Part shown: in pieces, positions 56,838 to 64,000 of the stretch
How positions within the stretch are numbered: position 1 is the stretch's first letter
Layout: each line of letters begins with the position of its first letter
DNA from: an uncultured Gemmatimonadales bacterium
GTDB lineage: Bacteria > Gemmatimonadota > Gemmatimonadetes > Gemmatimonadales > GWC2-71-9
Length of the DNA stretch: 64,000 nucleotides
Assembly (NCBI GenBank): GCA_963730185.1
Contig: CAVSQW010000008.1
Location: 32,001 to 96,000, forward strand
Direction: 5' to 3'
The notes under the pieces: model-generated
Seen by the model: the letters and a program-made list of their open reading frames with translations, nothing else
Told to the model about the DNA's origin: nothing
Databases searched by the model: none
Program-made: the position numbers and the translations under genes

Positions 56838-58280
56838 TCAGGACGGGCCCGTCCTGGGCCGACGGTAGTGCGCTGCCAGGTCCGCAACCGACGCCGCCGT
56901 CGCGACGAGACTCGTCCACCGGGGCGTGAACATCCAGTCGTCGAAGAAGGCCGAGAGATCCGTTGAGGCCGTCTGTTTGGCGAACGTCACGAGGCCCCGC
57001 GTCGTGCCGCCGTTCGGATACTTCCGGAAATACCCGCCCACGATCCGGTTGAACTCCTCCGCGCCGACGAGGTCGTACAGCGTGCTGAACAGGAAATTCC
57101 CCACCGTATACGACCAGCCGGTCGCCTGGCGGTTACCATAGTCGATGAACGGCACGCTGCGAAGGGTCGAATCCTTCGCCATCTGGTCGTTGAGCCAGGC
57201 GAGCAACCTCGTCTCGTACGCCCCCCGGCCCGTCCAGCCGTTGAGACGCTCCTTCATCAGGTCCTCGAGAAACGAGGCGAGTCCCTCATTCCAGCGCGGG
57301 GAAGGCACGTCGAGGTCGGGGGTGTTCCAGAGGTGCGTCAACTCGTGGTAGAGCTCGTTGATGCGAGTCGTATCACGGAACGCAGCGGCCGACTGGATGA
57401 TCCCACCGACGAGATCGCTCTGCGACCCCCAACCATCCGGGATCTCATTGATCGTCAGTTTCGCCTCAGCGTGGAGCGGGCCGAACCATTGTGACAACGT
57501 GCGCATTGCGCCTTCCGCGCCGTGCGCCAGGAATCGGGCGCCGGTGCTGTCCGCCGGGAAGTAGAAGAACCGCACGCCGCCCGCCGTGACGGTGTCGAAC
57601 GGCGCGAGCGAGAGGTCGAGGAACGGGCTTGGGCGTCCGGAGCGGTACCGCCAGGTCACCGTTCCATCGTCGTGGGGGGTGCGCATTACCGTTCCGCCCG
57701 TGGCAACCAGATATCTGGCCGGCACGCGCACCGACGCGTCGTACGCGAACGGTTCGTTGGGCAGTCGGCGATTCACGGCCTCGTTACGCCCTCCCACGAT
57801 CGGGAAAGCCAGCGCATCCGAGCGAATGATTGTGAAGGCCGTATCGATGTGGTCCTTGACGTACAGCCAGCCGATTTCCGTGTAGGGCGTGAGATAGCCG
57901 GCATAGTCGATGCGCACGGTCGTGTGCGCGCCCGGCCCGACGGGTTGCGGCAGCCGCACGACAATCTGCGTGACCTGTCGGATCGGGTCGTCCTCGAACC
58001 GCACGACGTCCTGGGAGAAGGGGAGTGCCGCGCCCGCGCTGTCGCGCACCTGCGACGCCTCCATCAACCGATGGAGAATGAACGAGACCTTGGTTGCGGG
58101 CTTGGGCGTCCGGTTCTCCAGGTCGAGGGTCATAGCCGCGATCAGCCGGCCTGACCCGTAGTCGATACGCGCCTCGTAGATCACGTTCCGAACAACGAAC
58201 GCCTCGGGGGCGGGTTGCGGCGCCGCAGCCAGCAATCCCACAAGCACCAGCGTGCCGCGTCTCGTGAGCGCCGAGCGCAT
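56838..58280 (-). CDS. Secreted M1-like (gluzincin) metallopeptidase
   Basis: YHELTHLW...WNEGLASF, YTVG and FFDDW motifs; signal peptide. Confidence 0.8.
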   Translation of the reverse strand: MRSALTRRGTLVLVGLLAAAPQPAPEAFVVRNVIYEARIDYGSGRLIAAMTLDLENRTPKPATKVSFILHRLMEASQVRDSAGAALPFSQDVVRFEDDPIRQVTQIVVRLPQPVGPGAHTTVRIDYAGYLTPYTEIGWLYVKDHIDTAFTIIRSDALAFPIVGGRNEAVNRRLPNEPFAYDASVRVPARYLVATGGTVMRTPHDDGTVTWRYRSGRPSPFLDLSLAPFDTVTAGGVRFFYFPADSTGARFLAHGAEGAMRTLSQWFGPLHAEAKLTINEIPDGWGSQSDLVGGIIQSAAAFRDTTRINELYHELTHLWNTPDLDVPSPRWNEGLASFLEDLMKERLNGWTGRGAYETRLLAWLNDQMAKDSTLRSVPFIDYGNRQATGWSYTVGNFLFSTLYDLVGAEEFNRIVGGYFRKYPNGGTTRGLVTFAKQTASTDLSAFFDDWMFTPRWTSLVATAASVADLAAHYRRPRTGPS

Positions 58281-58838
58281 CGCGACCTCCCGTCATGATT
58301 CGGCGGGCCGAAGGTATGGACGTTCAACGGCCGCCGGCGATCGACGCGGCCGCAGACCACGCCGGGATCTGGTACTCAATCGGTAGGCGGCGGCTGGACC
58401 CACGCCCAACGTTTCCCCACCGCGATCACGGCGAGAAGCCGGAGCCAAAGCGCGAACCTAAATCAGTTCCATCGCCTCGGGCCGGATCGGGTTGCCCATG
58501 CGCCACCGCGCAAGAGTACCGAGGGCAAGTGTGCCTATTCGCTGCGGCTGGCGAAAGGGCGAGGGCTTCAGTGAGCGGCGCGGTGCAGTGGACAGACCGC
58601 TCCGCGCGGTGAAGGCACCCGCCGTTGGCGGACGCCGATCCCACTTCGAATGCTCCACGCGGCAGGTAAGCCTAACGAGGGGCCAGCGTGGCATTCCGTG
58701 ACGAAACCGGAATGGTCAGACGTCCGTCGGGAACAAGACCCTCACGTTGGGACGCTCATCGCGATTCTGCGACGGCAGCACGGGAGGCACGCGCGGCGAC
58801 AGACGGCCACCTCCGTCGACCAGATCATAGAAACACCA

Positions 58839-59381
58839 ATGGCCGAACTGCTGATGGCCGCCAGCCGAATCCTCCAGTTCGATCGATTTGAGCTCGATCC
58901 CTATCACCGGACACTGAAGGTGGACGGCGAACGGATGGCGATCCCGACCCAGCTCCTCTCGGCACTCATCTATCTGATCCGTCGCCGGGGAACCGACGTC
59001 TCCCGCAAGGAGCTCCGGCGCGCGCTCTATCGACGAGAAAGCATCGACACCGACGCAGCGCTCGATGGGTGTGTCCTGGCGCTCCGCCGACTCCTCGGCG
59101 ACAACGGGCGGCCGCGATTCATCCTGACCAAGCCCCGAGCCGGCTACCGATTCATTGGGGTGCTGAAGGGCGAGGGCGTGGTCGAGGGCGAGGCTCAAGC
59201 CCGGGGGCCGACGCTCCGCCTGCTCGCGGTCAAGCTGCCCCCCCTCGGCCGCCATCGAGCGGCTGGAAAGCATCACCCATGCGGAGGGTACGATGACGGA
59301 ATGCCGAGAACCCGCCGAGGGCGCAGCTCCCATTGGCCGTCGATGGCTGCACGGTTACCGTGGCGAAGATTCAAGGCTTGA
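58839..59381 (+). CDS. OmpR/CadC-type winged-helix DNA-binding domain protein, possibly truncated
   Basis: LQFDRFELDP...LIYLI...VSRKEL...LRRLLGD...FILTKPRAGYRF; the C-terminal tail looks non-conserved. Confidence 0.65.
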   Translation: MAELLMAASRILQFDRFELDPYHRTLKVDGERMAIPTQLLSALIYLIRRRGTDVSRKELRRALYRRESIDTDAALDGCVLALRRLLGDNGRPRFILTKPRAGYRFIGVLKGEGVVEGEAQARGPTLRLLAVKLPPLGRHRAAGKHHPCGGYDDGMPRTRRGRSSHWPSMAARLPWRRFKA

Positions 59382-59419
59382 CCCTGCTGGGGCTGCGCGG
59401 GCTACGGTGACCCCTTTAG

Positions 59420-60520
59420 TCACCCCGGGCGCGGGCGACGGACCGGGAAGCTCAGGGAGGCTCGCGAACCGCGCCCGGTGGGGTCGATCACCAGATGGAG
59501 GTCGGCGCCCGGGCCATAGTACGCCAACAGGCGCTCGCGGGTGGCCGCGAGGCCGAGGCCCAGGCCTTCACCCTCGGCGCCGCTCCCACGCCGGCCGCCT
59601 CGCTCCTCGATCATCACCTGGATCCACTCATTGGCGGCCACGGCCCTGATCTCGATCGCCGAGGGCCCCGGCCGTCCACTGACGCCGTGGCGGACCGCAT
59701 TCTCGGCGAGGGGTTGGAGCAGGAGGAACGGGATTCGGGAATCCGCCAGCGCCGGGTCGAGCGCAAGTCTCACCTGGAGCCGCTCGCCGAAGCGCAGCTT
59801 CTCGATGGCAAGGTATTCGTCGAGCAGCGCAAACTCCTCGCGGAGCGAGACGTCGTCGTGTTCGCGGGCCCGCAAGGTTTCGCGGATGAGCTGGGACAGC
59901 TGCGCGAGGGCGTCGACCGCCGGGTCGGTCTGGCCGGTGCGTACCAGCGCGGCTACGGAGTTCAGAGCGTTGAAGAAGAAGTGTGGGTGGAGCTGCTGTT
60001 CCAATGCCGTCAGGCGCGCCCCGGTCAGCTGGGTTCGAAGGTCGGCGGATTCATCGACGGCGCGGCGTCGCTGGCGCGAGGACCGGATGGCGTGAAGGGT
60101 TGCCGCCAGGCCGGCGAAGGTTAGGACGTCTGCTCGATAGACCGTGGCGAACAGCCAGTTGAACCGCTCGGTAATGGAGCCGCCCCAGACTGCGGAATAG
60201 AGGACGGCCATGAGGCCGAGATGGACGAAGGGAAGGACGGCTAGCCCTACGATATGGGCCAGGAGGGCGCGCACCTGCCGGCCGTTGCCGAAGGGAAAGC
60301 GTGCCACCAATGGGTAGGCCAACGGGGCACAGAGGGCCAGCAGGGTCCAGGGAAGCAAGAGCCGACCGAAGATCACCCCCGGGCTGGCCGGCTGGCCGGC
60401 GAGTTGCCGGCGATCGATGATCTCCAACGCCTCCACAAAGGCGAACGCCGGAACGAGCAGTAAGGCACCGATCAGGATCGTCGCGGCGCGCGGGAGCGGA
60501 GAGTCGTGGCGACCCGCCAT
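59420..60520 (-). CDS. LytS-family sensor histidine kinase
   Basis: Transmembrane helices; QQLHPHFFFNALN, YLAIEKLRFGERL, LQPLAENAVRHG and GLGLAATRERL motifs. Confidence 0.92.
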   Translation of the reverse strand: MAGRHDSPLPRAATILIGALLLVPAFAFVEALEIIDRRQLAGQPASPGVIFGRLLLPWTLLALCAPLAYPLVARFPFGNGRQVRALLAHIVGLAVLPFVHLGLMAVLYSAVWGGSITERFNWLFATVYRADVLTFAGLAATLHAIRSSRQRRRAVDESADLRTQLTGARLTALEQQLHPHFFFNALNSVAALVRTGQTDPAVDALAQLSQLIRETLRAREHDDVSLREEFALLDEYLAIEKLRFGERLQVRLALDPALADSRIPFLLLQPLAENAVRHGVSGRPGPSAIEIRAVAANEWIQVMIEERGGRRGSGAEGEGLGLGLAATRERLLAYYGPGADLHLVIDPTGRGSRASLSFPVRRPRPG

Positions 60521-61365
60521 CACGCCGTTCCCGACGCGGGCGGCGCCTCCGCCGAGTCGTCGGGCAGGCGGCGTCGAAGCTCGCGCCATCCGGTCCGGCT
60601 CACGGCAATGCGCCGGCCGGTAGACAAGGTGAGTTCGTGCGAGCCAGTCCGACGGCGGTGCACCTGCGTGACCGCGTCGAGCCGGACGATGGCCGAGCGA
60701 TGGACCCGCACGAAGGTCGCCGGGTCCAGGCGGGCCAGCAGCGAATCGAGCGGCTCTCGATGCAGCAGGGTCCCGTGCCGGAGGTGGAGGCGGGCGTAGT
60801 AGCCACGGGCCTCGATCCAGACCACCTCGTCGATCGGCACCAGGTCGGTCCGGCCCAGGCTGCGGATCGCGATTCGTCCCCGACGGGGCTTGGTGGACGC
60901 CGCCTCCGGTCCTTCCCGAAGAAGCGCCTCGAGACGTTGCCCCCACCGGCGATACTCGTGGCTCGTGACCTGGTCGACCGCGCGAGTCACGGCTTGCGCG
61001 AGGCGTCGGTCGGTGTACGGCTTCAGGACGTAGTCCAGGGCGTGGGCTTCGAAGGCCCGAATGGCGTAGTCATCGAATGCCGTGATGCACACGACCGCCG
61101 GCAGCGGCGGGGGGACTTGGCGGAGCACGTCGAATCCGGTCGCGCCGGGAAGCTGCACGTCGAGCAGGACGATGTCCGGCCTCTTTGCCGTGATGAGGGC
61201 CACGGCGGTCTCGGCGTCGAGGGCTGCACCGATCACCCGAACCTCTGGGAGCCGCCCCACCAGGTGGCGCAACACCCGGAGGGCAAGTGGCTCGTCCTCG
61301 ACGAGAACGACGGCGAGGGGTGCCCTCAGCGCAACCAACCGGGAGTCACCAGGCAGTGATGACAT
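60520..61365 (-). CDS. LytTR-family response regulator
   Basis: VEDEPLA, LLDVQLP, TAFDDYAIRAFEAHALDYVLKP and FVRVHRSAIV motifs. Confidence 0.93.
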   Translation of the reverse strand: MSSLPGDSRLVALRAPLAVVLVEDEPLALRVLRHLVGRLPEVRVIGAALDAETAVALITAKRPDIVLLDVQLPGATGFDVLRQVPPPLPAVVCITAFDDYAIRAFEAHALDYVLKPYTDRRLAQAVTRAVDQVTSHEYRRWGQRLEALLREGPEAASTKPRRGRIAIRSLGRTDLVPIDEVVWIEARGYYARLHLRHGTLLHREPLDSLLARLDPATFVRVHRSAIVRLDAVTQVHRRRTGSHELTLSTGRRIAVSRTGWRELRRRLPDDSAEAPPASGTA

Positions 61366-61407
61366 GCCTCCAACGATGGGACCGACTCGGGGTCCCCGCA
61401 AGCAGCC

Positions 61408-62415
61408 TCAGGGCTGGGCGACTTGGTGCCACGACACGCCGTCGAACTCCCAGGTGTCGCCGAACCGTTCGGTGTCACTTTCGCCGCCGAACAGGACGAT
61501 CCGGCCCCGGGCCAGGTCGAGCGCCATGGCATGCCCGACTCTGCCGGCGGGTCCGGAGATCGGTAGCTTAGTCCAGGACGCTCCGTCCCACCTCCAGGTG
61601 TCGGCCAGCACGCCCGCGCCGTCCGAGCCCCCGAAGAGAAGGACCCCACCGCCACCGGGCAGCGTCGCCGCCGCGAATCCCGAGCAGCGGGGTCCCGCGC
61701 TGCTGACGAGCTGCCACTCGCCGGGGCTAGACATCCGATACACCTCGACCTTTCGGTCCGACTGACGGGACTGGATCAGCAGGAGCCCGGCCCCGGTCGG
61801 CGCCTCGCTGACCAAGGTCGGTCCAAATCCACCGACCGGCACGGCGCCGCCGAGCGGAGCCCAGCCGGTGCCGAGAAAGTCGAACTGGTCCGTCAGATCG
61901 GTCCCGGTGGCCGGGTCGAAACCGCCGACCACGACGACCCGTTGTCGGGCGCCGTCGTAACCGGCGGCGGCATGGACCCGCGCGGATGGGCCGCCCATGG
62001 GTCCCCGCGACCACGCGGTGCCATCCCACTCCCAGGCATCCCCGAGGGTGGGGGAATCAGGCGCCGTTCCGATCCGGCCTCCGAACACCAGCAGTCGCCC
62101 GCGCGCCAAGTCGAACGCGGCCGCCGCCGAATTGCGCGCCGTCGGGCCGCCCGTTGCGGCGACCTCCGACCACCCGGTGCCGTCGAACTCCCAGAGGCTG
62201 GCTTGGTCGGCGTCCGGGCTGAGTGCCGGCGTCGCCGGGCCCACGCCGCCAAACAGCATGACGTGGCGACGGACCGCATCGTAGCTCATGACGTGCGACC
62301 GGCGGGCGAGCAGCGTCGGCGCCGGCGCCGGGGAAGTCGCGCCCGATCCGCAGGCCACTGCGGCGGTCGCCAACGCCGCGAAGATCCATGAGGCGAGCAC
62401 TCGACTGGGCACCAT
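61408..62415 (-). CDS. Kelch-repeat lipoprotein
   Basis: AAVAC lipobox; repeated LFGG...D(T/A)WEWDG units. Confidence 0.85.
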   Translation of the reverse strand: MVPSRVLASWIFAALATAAVACGSGATSPAPAPTLLARRSHVMSYDAVRRHVMLFGGVGPATPALSPDADQASLWEFDGTGWSEVAATGGPTARNSAAAAFDLARGRLLVFGGRIGTAPDSPTLGDAWEWDGTAWSRGPMGGPSARVHAAAGYDGARQRVVVVGGFDPATGTDLTDQFDFLGTGWAPLGGAVPVGGFGPTLVSEAPTGAGLLLIQSRQSDRKVEVYRMSSPGEWQLVSSAGPRCSGFAAATLPGGGGVLLFGGSDGAGVLADTWRWDGASWTKLPISGPAGRVGHAMALDLARGRIVLFGGESDTERFGDTWEFDGVSWHQVAQP

Positions 62416-62533
62416 TCATCTCCCGCGGTTCGCGTGGTCGACGCCGACCGGTGAGAGGGGATCGTCAGAGCCCCAAGGTGCGGACTCCCAGCGTCGGGAA
62501 GAAGGGGAGCGCGTCGGACGGGCAACTCGACGC

Positions 62534-62563
62534 AGCGAACGGACCGGAACGTGGGACGAATGG
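62534..62563 (-). promoter_or_regulatory. Putative LytTR binding site CCATTCGTC-N12-CCGTTCGCT (minus strand)
   Basis: Imperfect 9-bp direct repeats with a 12-bp spacer, about 120 nt upstream of the kelch-LytTR-LytS operon. Confidence 0.6.
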
Positions 62564-62665
62564 CGCCTACCTTCGGGTGCCCTTGGGGTGGTGGTCCTTC
62601 TCTTGGGGGTTCCGATCGTGAACTGGCCACACCGACCTGGCCGACCTCTGGCAGCGCCCACTCGT

Positions 62666-62689
62666 CGGCCACCTCGCGAAAGGTGGCCG
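62666..62689. terminator. Hairpin downstream of the SnoaL-like gene
   Basis: CGGCCACCT-CGCGAA-AGGTGGCCG. Confidence 0.35.
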
Positions 62690-62714
62690 TCTCCAGGTGA
62701 ATCGCCGGGGCCGT

Positions 62715-63185
62715 TCAGCGACGCACCCAGTACTCAAGCTCGTGGGCGATCAGGCCGCCCTCGACGAGGTAGACCGCGAGCTGCGTGCGGGCCTGCCGGA
62801 CCCACCTGCCGTCGTCCCCCCGCACCTCGAACTCCAGGCGTTCCTGCGAGGCCACCGCACCGCCTGTGACGATCTGGCGGACGACCGTCAAGCGAGGCCG
62901 TCGGGTCGCGCCCAGGAACCGGCGAATCCCGGCTCCGACGTTGGCTCGGCCGACGATGCGCGCGCCGGCTTGGGGATGCTCGTATACCGCGGAGTCGGTG
63001 AGGAGTCGGAGGACGGCTTCGACGGATGCGTCCGACGCGTCGCCCTCCATAGTCGCGACGCGGGCGGCTCGGTACCGGGCCACGACGGAAGCCGGTTCCG
63101 GCGGTCCGGCCTGCGCCGAGGCCGCAATGGGGAGGATGGCGAGCAGCGTGAGGACGAGGCCCGTCTGAAACGGTCGAGAACTCAC
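62715..63185 (-). CDS. Secreted NTF2/SnoaL-like protein
   Basis: Signal peptide; LLTDSAVYEHP...GRANV...VYLVEGGLIAHELEYW. Confidence 0.75.
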   Translation of the reverse strand: MSSRPFQTGLVLTLLAILPIAASAQAGPPEPASVVARYRAARVATMEGDASDASVEAVLRLLTDSAVYEHPQAGARIVGRANVGAGIRRFLGATRRPRLTVVRQIVTGGAVASQERLEFEVRGDDGRWVRQARTQLAVYLVEGGLIAHELEYWVRR

Positions 63186-63578
63186 GTTGCTTCCTCGGGG
63201 GTCGGGGCGTCGATCCCTACGGATCAGGACCCAGCCCGGTTCCGATCAGGGAAGGCGCCACCCGGCAGTTCGGACCGAGAGTGTACGCGAGCGCCGCGTC
63301 CGCTCCGAGGGGCGCAGGCATTCCGGAGGCACGGGTTGAGAGAGAACGTCCTCCACCATTGGTCGCACTGTACCGGCCGCCGTCCGGCGCCGACAGCGAA
63401 CGGGGAGCCGCTCGCCGGCCGCGGAGCCAGGTGTCGCAGACCGAGAGGCGGGCGGGACGGTTGTAGTGCGTGTCCGGGGAGGGCGAACCACTCGGAATCG
63501 GCCAGCACCCGACCCCGCCGAGAAGCGCCGGCACCAAGCTACCGGTGAGGACTCGCCGAGCAGCGGGATACCGGTGTC

Positions 63579-64000
63579 TTAGGGCCTCGATGTCGTATCG
63601 CGGCCGCTAATGACCAACCGTTCGGTGCGAGCTGCAATGTCGTAGACGTAGACGCCTGAGACACCGGCAACCTCCTTGGCGTACGTGAAGTACCGTCCAT
63701 CGGGCGATGGGGTCGGCGTCTGCACCGTCTCGCCACCCGTGATGCGGCGTACATTCGTACCATCGGGGTTCATGGCGAAGATCGATGTCGCAGCGCCCAC
63801 CGTGGCCCGGAAGTAGATCGTCTTGCCATCCGTCGTCCATGAGAGGCGACCGATCGGGCCCGGTCCCCGGGCCCATTCCCTCAGACCCGAACCGTTGGGA
63901 TGGACCGCCATCAATCGGGTAGCCTGCCGCATGCGTCGTTGCTGCTCGGGTGTCGCATTCTTCCACAACCAGACCTCCACCGGCTGCTGCAAGAAGAGGA
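63579..64000 (-). CDS. TolB-like/PD40 beta-propeller protein, C-terminal part (runs off the window edge)
   Basis: WTTDGKTIYF, IFAMNPDGTNVRRIT and PSPDGRY motifs. Confidence 0.75.
   Translation of the reverse strand, partial: LFLQQPVEVWLWKNATPEQQRRMRQATRLMAVHPNGSGLREWARGPGPIGRLSWTTDGKTIYFRATVGAATSIFAMNPDGTNVRRITGGETVQTPTPSPDGRYFTYAKEVAGVSGVYVYDIAARTERLVISGRDTTSRP

Noticed and set aside
56335..58838. Prophage or integrative element at tRNA-Pro
   Set aside because: No integrase, phage or conjugation genes and no duplicated tRNA 3' end are visible; kept only as a possible scar.

Overview
This is a high-GC bacterial window. PadR/ADOP-permease pairs and many secreted peptidases and BNR-repeat hydrolases suggest Gemmatimonadota or Acidobacteriota (inference only). 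It holds about 50 genes, tRNA-Pro(GGG), a Phd/PIN toxin-antitoxin pair and a LytS/LytTR two-component system. I found no rRNA, CRISPR array, integrase or transposase. Several genes (20.8-22.5 kb, 24.5 kb, 27.4-31.3 kb, 43.2 kb, 46.8-48.0 kb, 53.6-54.0 kb) carry clustered indels that look like long-read errors, so their coordinates are reconstructed. The best candidate for an undescribed system is a tightly coupled six-gene operon at 23842-32863: gabT, nitrilase-family C-N hydrolase, a very large PLP decarboxylase, an orphan ATP-grasp ligase, a C45 Ntn-hydrolase and gabD. It resembles an ATP-grasp/C45 protect-deprotect amine pathway feeding the GABA shunt. Other notable items are (1) a cysteine-free Rrf2 regulator with four copies of a putative operator (AATTGTGAC-N7-RTCACAATT); (2) a 330-bp mosaic made of diverged pieces of three other loci in this window; (3) a kinase N-lobe fused directly to a BRCT domain; (4) an orphan CX8CX2C radical SAM enzyme; and (5) inverted GGGAGTA heptamer arrays bracketing ilvE-eamA.
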